Positions 29,739 through 44,781 of a stretch of DNA of 64,000 bases are shown piece by piece. Origin of the DNA: the human T2T-CHM13v2.0 reference genome, Homo sapiens; assembly GCF_009914755.1 (NCBI RefSeq), contig NC_060940.1. One strand, written 5' to 3'. The notes under the pieces are model-generated. The model was not told the origin of the DNA, did not search any database, and saw only the letters and a program-made list of their open reading frames with translations. Each line of letters starts with the position of its first letter. Positions within the stretch are counted from its first letter, which is position 1. The position numbers were made by a program, and so were the translations under genes.

Positions 29739-30514
29739 ATTTAGTACGTAGGCAATCCCATGTAACTTAGCAAAGCTAGCAAGTCCCTAAACTCGGCGCA
29801 GCGACTGTAGGGGTGGCCTCCCAGTAGCATCATTAACATCAATTGTAATTGGTAGGCAATCACTTAGTTTCACATTTCATTACCCAAGGTATACAAATGT
29901 GTAAAAAAAAATACAGTTTTAATAAAAGGGAGTAAAGGATAATATGAGTAATATTCACAATCTCTAGCTGGAAGAGGTAGTGTTTTCTCAGAAATGATGC
30001 ATTCCTGGAGCAAGGTCATTTTGTGTTTGGTTTGTTAAATATCTATTTCCATTTTGACAAACCACTGGAAAAGCCCAGCTTCACAAGGACTCCCCCATAA
30101 GAACGATCACACAAAAGAACACCCATAACACAAAATCAAAACAAGGATGGTCCAGGCGTCACATTAAAGGCTCATTACCAAGTTTTCTTAGAAGAGAAAA
30201 AGAGCACAAAGTTACTTTTATGTGATGGAAAACAGAGAAAAAGAGTAAATGGAACAACAAATGTTAGGCAACAACAGTGAAAACCAAGCCGTGGAAAGAA
30301 ATGAATGGAAATGTTTTGTTTGGTATTGATTTCCTATCCTGATATCAGAAAGTATGGGAAAGAACAAAGCACATTTTTTTGAGACAAATAGAACATAAAA
30401 CAAATGAATGTTAAAGACTATTTTACAGTGCTAACAAAACTATCTGTGACTTGTTTTTTCCCTTTAAAAATACGATTTTGTACAATTACATTTATATAAA
30501 CTATTGAAATAAAA

Positions 30515-30900
30515 TTGTAAAGATGGAGAACAGGCTATGGGATTGCCAAGGGGAAGGGGTGGAGGAAAACGTGTCAGAGTGTCAGCAAAGATCGCAAGTT
30601 GGAGCCTGGTGGTGAGGCTACTGTTCTGCATCTTGACTGTCGAAGTGGTAGTTACAGAGATCTACACCACATAAAAATGAACAGAACAAACGCACACACA
30701 TACACACATACAAAAATGAATGCATGCAAAACGGTTGCGATCTGAGTAAGCTTTCTGAATTGTACCTATGTCAGTTTCCAGGTTTTGATAATGCTCTATG
30801 GCTATGTGAGATGTCACCACTGGAATTAGTGAAGAGTACCTAAGACATCCCTGTACCTTTTGCAACTTCCTGTGAATCTATAATTATTTCAAAAGAAACT
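30515..30900 (+). mobile_element. Ancient L1M (L1MC/MD/ME-type) 3' end
   Basis: TGTTCTGCATCTTGACTG..GTTTCCAGGTTTTGATA..TTGCAACTTCCTGTGAATCTATAATTATTTCAAAA. Confidence 0.72.
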
Positions 30901-31309
30901 TGAAAGTCATAGCAGACTTTCACTTCAAGGAGGAAAAAAACTGAAGATTAATGAAATTGTTGAAGAACATCAAATACTCAATAGTCTGTATGAGAGCTGT
31001 ATTCTGTCCACTTGCAGCACAGCTGTCATTTAGCCTTTTCCTGATGTGCCCTGGAGGACTTGAGCTCCTCTTGGATTGCCAAGGCCGATAGTGTTTATTT
31101 GTTACTAACTTTGTACTGAACACCCCCAAAATGAAAAATGATTGAATAATCATTTATAATAGCAACTAGTAATTTTACTTATAAAGAGACAATAGTGGTA
31201 ATGAATTTAAATATTTAGGGTAAAGAATAGGATCTTCGTTAGACAATACTGGCAAAATTTAGAAAGAAAAATAAGGAATCAGAAACATAAGTAGTTCAGT
31301 ATTGTGAAA

Positions 31310-31525
31310 AAATTCTGGATCTGAGAAGCAAAAGAACAGAGATTGTATTGCATTTCTGCTCCAAACTTGATGAATCACCTTAGATGTGTTGTGTTTCTGT
31401 GCCAAAGCTGCTGAATCACCTTAGGCAATGCATGCCCTTTCCCTGAACCTGTTTTCTTTTCTACAAAATAAAGTGAGCTAGATCATCTCCGAGGTCCCCC
31501 AAATATTCACATTTTCGGCTCTACA
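31310..31525 (+). mobile_element. MIR-family SINE relic
   Basis: CACCTTAGGCAA..CCCTGAACCTGTTTTCTTTTCTACAAAAT..CTAGATCATCTCCGAGGTCCC resembles the MIR core and 3' end. Confidence 0.6.
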
Positions 31526-33167
31526 TGAACTTCAGTTGAATTCCTAATTTCAGTGTGGATAATACATGTGTGCTGCACCACAAGCAGTGTGTCTAAATGC
31601 TGATGTTGGTCCTAAAAACTAATTATGGGCAGTTTGGAAATTCTGTTGTTGTAGAATCTGCAAAGGGATATTTGTGAGCCCTTTGAGGCCATGGTGAAAA
31701 AGGAAATACCTTCACATAAAAACTATAAAGAAGGTTTGTGAGAAACTGCTTTGTGATGTCTGCATTCATCTCACCAAGTTAAACGTTTCATTCCTTTGAT
31801 CAGTCTGGAAACTCTGTTCTTGTGCAATCTGCAAAGTGGTATTTGTGAGTGCTTTCAGGCCTATGGTAAGAAAGGAAATATCTTCACATAAAAACTAGAC
31901 AGACACATTCTGAGAAACTACTTTGTGACGTGTGCATTCATCTAACAGAGTTAAACCATTCTTTTGATGGAAATGCTTGGAAATGGTGTTTTTGTAGAAT
32001 CTGCAGAGGGATATTTGTGAGCACTTTGAGGCCTATGGTGAAAAAGGAAATATCTTCACATAAAAACTAGAAAGAAGGTTTATGAGAAACTGCTTTGTGA
32101 TGTGTGTATTCGTCTCAGAGAGTTGAACCATTCTTTTGATTGAGCAGTTTGGTAACCGTCTTTTTGTAGAATATGCAAAGGGATATTTGTGAGCACTTTG
32201 AAGCCTATGGTGAAAAAGGAAATATCTTCACATAAAAACTAGAAAGAAAGTTTCTGAGAAACTGCTTTGTCATGTGTGAATTCATCTCACAGAGTTGAAC
32301 CTTTCTATTGATTGAGCATTTTGGAAACAGTCTTTTTGGAGAATCTGCCAAGGGATATTTGTGAACACTTTGAGGCCTATGGTGAAAAAGGAAATATCTT
32401 TACATAAAAACTAGACAGAAGGTTTCTGAGAAACTGCTTTGTAATGTGTGCATTCATCTCAAAGAGGTAAACGTTTCTTTTCATTGAGCAGATGGGAAAC
32501 TGTTTTCTTGTAGAATCTGCAAAGGGATATTTGTGAGCAGTTTGAGGCCTATGGTGAAAAAGGAAATATCATCGCATAAAAACTTGACAGAAGTTTCTGA
32601 GAAACTTCCTGGTTATGTATGCATTCATCTCACAGAGTTGAACCATTCTTTTGATTGAGCAGTTTGGTAACAATCTTTTTGTAGAATCTGCAAAAGGATA
32701 TTCGTGAACGCTTTGAAGCCTATGGTGAAAAAGGAAATATCTTCACATAAAAACTAGAAAGAAGGTTTCTGAGAAACTGCTTTGTGATGTGTGAATTCGT
32801 CTCACAGAGCTAAACCTTTCTATTGATTGAGCATATTGGAAACAGCCTTTTTGTAGAATCAGCAAAGGGATATTTGTGAGCACTTTGAGGCCTATGGGGA
32901 AAAAGGAAATATCCTCACATGAAAACTAGACAGAAGGTTTCTGAGAAACTGCCTTGTAATGTGTGCATTCATCTCACAGAGGTAAATGTTACTTTTCATT
33001 GAGCAGATGGGAAACTCTTTCCTTGTAGAATCTGCAAAGGGATATTCGTGAGCCCTTTGAGGCCTATGGTGAAAAAGGAAATATCTTCATATAAAATGTA
33101 GACAGAAGCTTTCTGAGAGACTTATTTGTGATGTGTGCATTCATCTCATAGAGTTGAACCATTCTCC

Positions 33168-34343
33168 TTTTTTTTTTTTTTTTTTTTTGGAGCTCTGGGT
33201 TTATTTATTTATTTACTTTTATTATTATTATACTTTAAGTTTTAGGGAACATATGTACAATGTGCAGGTTTGTTACATATGTATACATGTGCCATGTTTG
33301 TGTGCTGCACCCATGAACTCATCATTTAGCATTAAGTATATCTCCTAATGCTATCCCTCACCCTCCCCCCACCCGACTACAGTCCCTGGTGTGTGGTGTG
33401 TGATGTTTCACTTCCTGTGTCCATGTGTTCTCATTGATCAATTCCCAACTATGAGTGAGAACATTTGTTTGATTTTTTGTCCTTGCGATAGTTTGCTGAG
33501 AATGATAGTTTCCAGCTTCATCCATGCCCCTACAAAGGACATGAACTCATCATTTTTTATAGCTACATAGTATTCCATGATGTATATGTGCCACATTTTC
33601 TTCATCCAGTCTATCATTGTTGGACATTTAGGTTGGTTCCAAGTCTTTGCTATTGTGAATAGTGCCACTATAAACATACGTGTGCATGTGTCTTTATAGC
33701 AGCATGAATTATAATCCTTTAGGTATATACCCAGTAATGGGAAGGCTGGGTCAAGTGATATTTCTAGTTCTAGATCCCTGAGGAATCACCACACTGACTT
33801 CCACAATGGTTGAACTAGTTTACAGTCCCACCAACAGTGTAAAAGTGTTCCTATTTCTCACATCCTCTCCAGCACCTGTTGTTTCCTGACTTTTTAATGA
33901 TCGCCATACTAACTGGTGTGAGATGGTATCTTGTTGTGGTTTTGATTTGTATTTCTCTGATAGCCAGTGATGATGAGCATTTTTTCGTTTGTTCATTGGC
34001 TGCATAAATGTCTTCTTTTGAGAAGTGTCTGTTCATATCCTTCAACCACTTTTTGACGGGGTTGTTTGTTTTTTTCCTGTAAATTTGTCTGAGTTCATTG
34101 TAGATTCTGGATATTAACCCTTTGTCAGATGAGTAGGTTGCAAAAATTTCCTCCCTTTCTGTAGGATGACTGTTCACTCTGATGGTGGTTTCTTTTGCTG
34201 TGCAGAAGCTCCTTAGTTTAATTAGATCCCATTTGTCAATTTTGTCATTTGTTGCCATTGCTTTCGGTGTTTTAGACATGAAGTCCTTGCTCATGCCTAT
34301 GTCCTGAATGGTATTGCCTAGGTTTTCTTCCAGGGATTTTATG
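33168..34343 (-). mobile_element. 5'-truncated L1PA (~1.15 kb) in alpha satellite
   Basis: ORF2 C-terminal remnants ([28 protein letters not shown]) and 3'UTR. TSD TGAA(C/G)CATTCT at 33155 and 34344. Confidence 0.95.
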
Positions 34344-37300
34344 TGAAGCATTCTTTTGATTAATCAGTTTGGATACTCTGTTCTTGTAGAATCTGCAAGG
34401 AGATATTTGTGAGCACTTTGAGGCCTTTGGTGAAAAAGGAAATACCTTCACATAATAAATAGACAGAAGTTCTCTGAGAAACTTCCCTGTCATGTGTGCA
34501 TTCATCTCACAGAGTAGAAACAGTCTTTTTGCTGAGCAGTTTGAAAACTGTCTATTTGTAGAATCTGCAAAAGGATATTTATGAGTGCTTTGAGGCCTAT
34601 GGTGAGAAAGGAAATATCTTTACATAAAAACTGGACAGAAGATTTTTGAGAAACCTCTTTGTGATGTGTGCATTTATCTCACAGAGTTGAACCATTCTTT
34701 TGATTGAGCAGTTTGTAAACAGACTTTTTGTAGAATCTGCAAAGGGATATTTGTCAGCTGTATGAGGCCTATGGTGAAAAAGGAAATATCTTCAATAAAA
34801 ACTATAAAGAATGTTTCTGAGAAGCTGTTTTGCAAGATGTGCACTCATCTCAGAGAGATAAAAGTTTCTATTCTGTGATGAGTCTGGAAACTCTGTTCTT
34901 GTAAAATCTGCAAAGGGATATTTGTGAGTGGCTTTAGGCCTATGGTGAAAAAGGAAATATCTTCACCTAAAAACGAGACAGAAGCATTCTGAGAAACTTC
35001 TTTGTGATATGTGCATTCATCTCACAGAGTTGAACCACTCTTTTGATTGAGAAGTTTGGAAACAGTCTTTTTGTAGAATATGCAATTGGATATTTGGAGC
35101 GCTTTGAGGCCTATGGTGAAAAAGGAAATATCTTCACATAAAAACTACACAGAAGCATTCTGAGAAACTTCTTTGTGATGTATGCATTCATATCATGCAG
35201 TTGAACCTTTCTTATGATTGAGCAGTTTCAAAGCAGTCCTTTTGTAGAATATGCAAAGGGATATTTGTGAGCCCATTGGGGCCTATGGTGAATTAGGAAA
35301 TATCTTCACATAAAAACTAGTCAGAAGATTTCTGAGAAACTTCCTTGTGATGTGTGATTTCATCTCACAGAGATGAAACTTTCTTTTGATTGAGCAGTTT
35401 GGAAACATACTTTTTGTAGAATCTGCAAATGGATATTTAGAGCGCTTTGAGAACTATGGTGAAAAAGGAAATATCTTCACATAAAAACTAGAAAGCAACA
35501 TTCTATGAAACTTCTTTGTGATGTGTGCTTTCATCTCACAGAGTTGAACCTTTCTATTCATTGACCAGTTTGGAAACCATCTTTTTGTAGAATCTGCAAA
35601 TGGATATTTGGAGCATTTTGAGGCCTTGGTGAGAATGGAAATATCTTCACATAAAAACTAGATAGAAGCATTCTGAGAAACTTCTTGGTGACGTGTGCAT
35701 TTATCACACAGAGTTATACCTTTCTTTTGATTGAACACTTTGGAAACAGTCTTTTTGTAGTATCTGTAGAGGGATGTTTGCGAGCAGTTTGAGGCCTATG
35801 GTGAAAAAGGAAATATCTTCACATAAAAACTAGACAGAAGGTTTCTAAGAAACTTATTTGAGATGTGTGCTTCCATCTCACATAGTTGAACATTTGATTG
35901 GGCAGTTTGGAAACACTCTTTTTGTAGAATCTGCAAATGGATATTTGGAGCACTTTGAGGCCTATGGTAAAAAAGGAAATATCATCACAAAAAATTAGAC
36001 GGAAACATTCTGAGAAACTTCTTTGTGACGTTGGCATCCATCTCACACAGTTGAACATTTCTTTTATTGAAGATTTGGAAACAGTCTTTTTGTAAAATCT
36101 ACAAAGGGATAATTGTGAACCCTTTGAGGCCTATGGTGAAGTAGGAAATATCTTCACATAAAAACTACACAGAAACATTCTGAGAAACTTTTTTGTGATG
36201 GGTGCATTCAACTCACAGAGTTGAAGCTTTCTTTTGCTAGAGCAGTTTGGAAACAGTCCTATTGTAGAATCCCCAAAGGGATATTTCTGAGCCCATTGAG
36301 GCCTTTGGTGATATAGGAAATACCTTCACATAAAAGCTAGACAGAAGCTTTCTGAGAAACTTCTTTTCAATGGGTGCTTTCATCTCAAAGAGTTGAGTGT
36401 TTCTTTTGACTGAGAAGTTTGGAAACACTCTTTGCATAATCTGCAAATGGATAATTGGAGCATTTTGAGGCCTATGGTGAAAAAGGAAATATCTTCACAT
36501 AACAACTAAACAGAAGCTTTCTGAGAAACTACTTTGTAATGCGTGCATTCATCTCACAGAGTTGAAACTTTCTTTTGATTGAGCCGTTTGTAAACAGTCT
36601 TTTTGTATAATCTGCAAATGGATATTTGGAGTGCTTTGAGGCCTATAGTGAAAAAAGAAATATCTTCACAAAAAAACTAGAAAGAAACATTCTGAGAAAC
36701 TTCTTTGTGATATGTGCTTTCATCTCACAGAGTCGAACCTTTCTTTTCATTGAGCAGTTTGGAAACAGACTTTTTATAGAATCTGGAAATGCATATTCGG
36801 AGTGCTTTGAGGCCTATGGTGAAAAAGGAAATATCTTCAGATAAACACTAAACAGAAGCTTTCTGAGAAACTTCTTTGTGATGTGTGCATTCATATCACA
36901 GAGCTGAAACTTTCTTTTGATTTAGCAATTTGGCGAAAGTGGAGTTATATTTGTGAGCGGTTTAAGGCCTATGGTGCAAAAGGAAATACCTTCACATAAA
37001 AAGTAGACAGAAGCTTTCTGAGAAACTTCTTTGTGATGTGTGCTTTCGTCTCACAGAGTTGAGCCTTTCTTTTGATTGACCAGTTTGGAAACATTCTTTT
37101 TGTAGAATCTGCAAATGGATATTTGGAGAGATTTGAGGCCTATGGTGAAAAAGGAAATATCTTCACATAAAAACTAGACAGAAGAATTCTGAGAAACTTC
37201 TTTGTGATGAGTCCATTCATCTCACAGAGTTGAAACATTTTTTGATGGACCAGTTTGGAAATAGTCTTTTTGTAGTATCTGCAGAGGGATATTTTTGAGC

Positions 37301-40300
37301 TGTTTAAAGACTATGGTGAAAAAGAAAATATCTTCACTTAAGAACTAGACAGAAGCATTCTGAGAAACTTCTTTGTGATGTGTGCATTCATCTCACAATG
37401 TTGAACCTTTCTTTTGATTGAGCAGTTTGGAAACAGAACTTTTGTAGAATCTGTAATGGGATATTTGTAAGCCCATTGATTCCTATGGTGAAATAGGAAT
37501 TATCTTGAGATAAAAACTAGACAGAAGATTTCTGAGAAACTTCTTTGTGATGTGTGCTTTCATCTCACAGAGTTGAAGATTTTTTTTGATTGAGCAGTTT
37601 GGAAACAGTCTTTTTGTATAATCTGCAAATGGATATTTGGAGCACTTTGTGGCCTAAGGTGAAAATGGAAATATCTTCACATAAAACCTAGACAGAAGAA
37701 TTCTGAGAAACTTCTTTGTGATGTGTGCATTCATCTCAGAGAGGTGAACTTTTCTTTTGATGGAGCAGTTTGGAAACAGTATTTTTTTAGTATCTGCAGA
37801 AGGATATTTGTTAGCGGTTTAAGGCCTATGGTGAAAAAGTAAATATCTTCACATAAAAACTAGAAAGAAGCTTTCTGAGAAACCTCTTTGTGATGTGTGC
37901 ATTCATCTCACAGTGTTGAAACTTTATTTTGCTTGAGCAGTTTAGAAACAGTCTTTTTCTGCAATCTGCAAAGGTATATTTCTGAGCCATTTGAGGTCTA
38001 TGGTGAAAAAGAAATATCTTCACATTTAAACTAGACAGAAGGATTCTGAGGAACTTCTTTGTGATGTCTCCATTCATTTGACAGAATTGAACGTTTCTTT
38101 TCATTCAGAAGTTCGGCAATGGTATTTTTGTAGAATCTGCAAAGGGATATTTGTGAGCCATTTGAAGCCTATAGTGAAATAGTAAATATCTTCACATAAA
38201 AACTAGACAGAATAATTCTGAGAAACTTCATTCTAATGTGTGCATTCACCTCACAGAATTTAGCCTTTCTTCTGATTGAGCAGTATGGAAATGGTCCTCT
38301 TTTAGAATCTGCAAAGGGGTATTTCTTAGCCCTTTGAGGCCTATGGTGAAACTGGAAATATCTTCACATGAAAACTAGACCGAAGCTTTCTGAGAAACTT
38401 CTTTGAGATGTGTGCTTTCATCTCACAGAGTTAAACCTTTCTTTTGATTGAGCAGTTTGGAAACACTCTTTTTGTGAAATGTGTAAGTGGATATTAGGAG
38501 TGCTTTGAGGCCAATGGTGACAAAGGAAATATCTTCACATAAAAACTAAACAGAAGTTTTCTGAGAAACTACTTTTTGATGTGTCCATTATCTAACAGAG
38601 TTGAAACTTTCTTTTTATAGAGCGGTTTGGATACAGTCTTTTTGTAGAATCTGCAAAAAATATTTGTGAGCACTTTATTGCCTATGGTGAAATAGGAATT
38701 TTCTTCACATATAAACTAGACAGAAGCATTCTGAGAAACTTCTTTGTGATGTGTGCATTCATCTCACAGAGTTGAAACTTTCTTTGGATTGAGCAGTTTG
38801 GAAACAGTCCTTTTGTAGAATCTGCAAAGGGATATTTCTGAGCCCATTGAGTACTATGGTGAAATGTGAAATATCTTCACATAAAAACTAGACAGAAGCT
38901 TTCTAAGAAACTTGTTTGTGATGTATGCTTTCATCTCACAGAATTGAAACTTTCTTTTAATTGAGGAGTTTGGAAACACTCTTTTTCTAGAATCTGCAAA
39001 TGGATATTTGGAGCGCTTTGAGGCCCATGGTGGAAAATGAAATATCTTCACATAGAAACTAAATAGAAGTTTTCTGAGAAACTTCCTTGTGATGTGTGCA
39101 TTCATCTCACAGAGTTGAACCTTTCTTTTGATTGAGCAGGTTGGAAAGAGGCTTATTGTACAATCTGCAAAGGGATAATTCTGATACATTTGAGGCCTAT
39201 GGTGAAAGAGAAATATCTTCACGTAAAAACTAGACAGAGTCAGTCCGAAAAATTTCTTTCTGATGTGTCCATTCATCTCACAGAGTTGAACGTTTCTTTT
39301 GATTAAGCAGTTTGGAAACAGTCTTTTTGTAGAACCTTCAAAGGCATATTTGTGAGCCCTTTATGGCCTCAGGTGAAATAGGAAATATCTTCACATACAA
39401 ACTAGAGAGAAGCTGTCTGAGTAACTTTTTTGTGATGTGTGCTTTCATCTCAGAGATCTAAAAATTTGTTCTGATTGATCAGTTTGGAAACAGTTTTTTT
39501 GTAGAATCTGCCAATGGATTGCTTTGAGGCCTATGTTGAGAAAGGAAATATCTTCACATAAAAACAAGACAGAAGATTTATGAGAAACTTCTTTGTTATG
39601 TGTGCATTCATCTCACAGGTTTGAACCTTTCTTTTGATTGAGCAGTTTGGAAACAGTCTTTTAGTACAATCTACAAAGGGATATTTCTGAATGGTTTGAT
39701 GCCTATAGTGAAAAAGAAATATCTTCACATAAAAGCTAGACAGAAGCGTTATGAGAAAGTAATTTATTATGTGTGCATTCATCTCACAGAGCTGAACCTT
39801 TCTTTTCATGGAGCAGTTCAAAAACTGTGTTTTTGTACAGTCTGCAAAGGGATATTTGTGAGACCTTTGAGGCCTATGGTGATATAGGAAATATCTTCAC
39901 AAAAAAAGTAGACAGAAGCATTGTGAGAAACTTCTTTGTGATGTGTGCTTTCTTCTCACAGATTTGAATCTTTCTTTTAATTGAACAGTTTGGAAACTCT
40001 CTTTTTGTAGATTCTGCAAAAGGATAATTGGAGCACTTTGAGGCCTATGGTGAAAAAAGGAAATATCTTCACTTAAAAACTAAACAGAAGCTTTCTGAAA
40101 AACTTCTCTGTGATGTGCATATTCATGTCATAGTGTTGAACTTTTGTTTTCATTGAGCAGTTTGGAAACCATCTTTTTGTACAATCTGCAAAGGGATATT
40201 TCTGAGCGGTTTGAGGCCTAAGGTGAAAAACAAATATCTTAACATAAAAACTAGACAGAGGCATTCTGAGAAACTTCTTTTTCATGTGTGCATTCTTCTT

Positions 40301-43197
40301 CCAGAGTTAAACCATTCTTTTCATTGAGAAATTCAGAAATAGTCTTTTTGTAGAATTTGCAAAAGGATATATGTGAGCCCACTGAGGCCCATGATGAAAT
40401 GGGAAATATCTTCACAGTAAAACTAGACAGAAGCATTCTGAGAAACTCCTTTGTGATCTTTGCATTCATCTCACAGAGTTGAAACTTTCTTTTGATTGAG
40501 CAGTTTGGAAAAACTCTTTTTGAAGTATCTGCAAATGGATATTTGGAGTGCTTTGTGGTTTGTGGTGTAAAACTAAATATCTTCACATAAAATCTAGTGA
40601 GAAACTTTCTGAAGAACTTCTTTGTGATGTGTGCTTTCATCTCACAGAGGTGAAAATTTATTTTGATTGAGCAGTTTGGAAACAGTCTTTTGTAGAATCT
40701 GTAAATCGATATTTGGATCACTTTGAGGCCTATCATTAGAAGGGAAATATCTTCACATAAAAACTAGACAGAAGGATTCTGAGAAATTTCTTTGTGATGT
40801 GTGCTTTTTCATCTCACAGAGTTGAACCTTTCTTTTGATGGAGCAGTTAGGAAACAGTCTTTATCTACAATCTGCAAAGGGATATTTCAGAGGGGTTTGA
40901 GGCCTACAGTGAAAAAGAAATATCTTCATATAAAAACTAGACAGAAGCATTCTGAGAAACTTCTTTGTGATGTGTACTTTCATCTCACAGGTTTGAACCT
41001 TTCTTTTGATTGAGCAGTTTGGAAACAGTTTTTTTGTACAATCTACAAAGGGATATTTCTGAACGGTTTGTTGCCTATGGTGGAAAAGAAATATCTTCAC
41101 ATAAAAACTAGACAGAAGCATTCTGAGAAACTTCTTTTTTATGTGTGCATTCGTCTCACAGAGTTGAACTTTTCTTTGCATGGAGCAGTTCAAAAACAAT
41201 CTTTTTGTAGAGTCCACAAAGGGATATTTGTGAACTCTTTCAGGCCTATGGTGAAATATGAAATATCTTCACATAAAAACTAGACAGAAGCATTATGAGG
41301 AACTTTTGTGATGTGTCCTTTCATCTCACAGAGTTGAACATTACTTTTGATTGAGCAGTTTGGAAACACTCTTTTGTAGAATCTGCAAATGGATGTGTGG
41401 AGTGCTTTGAAGCCTATAGTGAAAAAGGAAATATCTTCACATAAAAACTAAACAGAAGCTTTCTGAAAAACTTCTTTGTGATGGGTGCATTCATCTCACA
41501 GAGTTGAACCTTTTTTTGGTTGAGCAGTTTGGAAACAGTCTTTTTGTGGAATCTGCAAATGGATATTTGGAACGCTTTGAGGCCTATTGTGAAGAAGGAA
41601 ATATCTTCACATAAAAACTAGACAGAAACTTTCTGAGAAACTTCTTTGTGATGTTTGCATTCATCTCACAGAGTGGAACCTTTCTTTTCATTTGACAGTT
41701 TGGAAACAGTCTTTTTGTACAATATGCAAAGGGATATTTCTGAACGGTTTGAGGCCTATGGTGAAAAATATATATGTCAGATAAAACTAGACAGAAGCAT
41801 TCTGAGAAACTTCTTTTTCATGTGTGCATTTATCTCACAGAGTTGAACCCTTCTTTGCATGTAGCTGTTTGGAAACAGTCTTTTTCTACAATCTGCAAAT
41901 GGATATTTGGAGCACTTTGAGGCCTGTGGTGAAAAAGGAAATATCTTCACATAAAAACTAGACAGAAGCATTCTGAGAAAGTTCTTTGTGATGTGTGCAT
42001 TCATCTCACAGAGGCGAAAGTTTCCTTTGATAGAACACTTTTCAAGCAGTCTTTTTGTAGTATCTGCAGAGGGATATTTGGGAGTGGTTTAAGGCCTATG
42101 GTGAAAAAGGAAATATCTTCACATAAAAACTAGACAGAAGCATTCTGACAAACTTCTTTATGATGTGCACATGCATCTCACAAAGTTGAACCTGTCTTTT
42201 CATTGAGCAATTTGGAAAAGTCTTTTTGTTCAATCTGCAAAGGGATATTTTTTAGTCATTTGAGGCCTATGGTGAAAAAGACATATCTTTACACATAAAC
42301 CAGACAGAAGCTTTCTGAGAAACTTCTTTGTGATGTGTCCATTCATCTCACAGAGTTGAACCTTTGTTTTGATTGAGCTGATTGGAAATACTCTTTCTGT
42401 AGAGTCTGCAAAGGGATATTTGTGAGCCCTTTATGGCCTATGGTGAAATAGGAAATATCTTCACATAAAAACTAGACAAACATTCTGAGAAACTTATTTG
42501 TTATGTGTGCTTTCATCTCACAGAGTTGAAACTTTCTTTTGATTGAGCACTTTGAAAAGAGGCCTTTTGTAGTATCTGAGAAGAGATATTTTTGAGCCCA
42601 TTGAGGCCTATGGTGAAAGAGGAAATATCTTCACATATAAGCTAGAAAAAAACTTTTTGAGAAAATTCTTTGTGTGTGTGCTTTCATCTCACAGAGTAGA
42701 ATCTTTCTTTTCATTGAGCAGTTTGGAAACAGTCTTTTTGTAACATCTGCATAGGGATATTTCTGAGCAGTTTGAGGCCTATGGTAACAAAGAAATATCT
42801 TCACATAAAAACTAGACAGAAGCATTCTGAGAAACTTCTTTTTTAGGTGTGCATTCATCTCACAGAGTTGAAACTTACTTTTCATTGAGCAGTTCTGTAA
42901 CAGTCTCTTTGTAGAATCTGCAAAAAGGATATTTGTGAGCCCTTTGAGGCCCATGGTGAAACAGGAAATACCTTCACTTAAAAACTAGATGGAAGCATTC
43001 TGAGTAACTTCTTTGTGATTTGTGTTTTCATCTCACAGAGTAGAACCTTTCTTTTGATTGAGCAGTTTGGAAAAAGTCTTTTTGTACAATCTACAAAAGA
43101 TATTTTGTGCACTTTGTAGACTATGGTGAAAAAGGAAATATCTTCACATAAAAACTAGAAAGAAACTTTCTGAGAAAGTTCTTTGTGATGTGCACTT

Positions 43198-44781
<1,584 letters not shown>

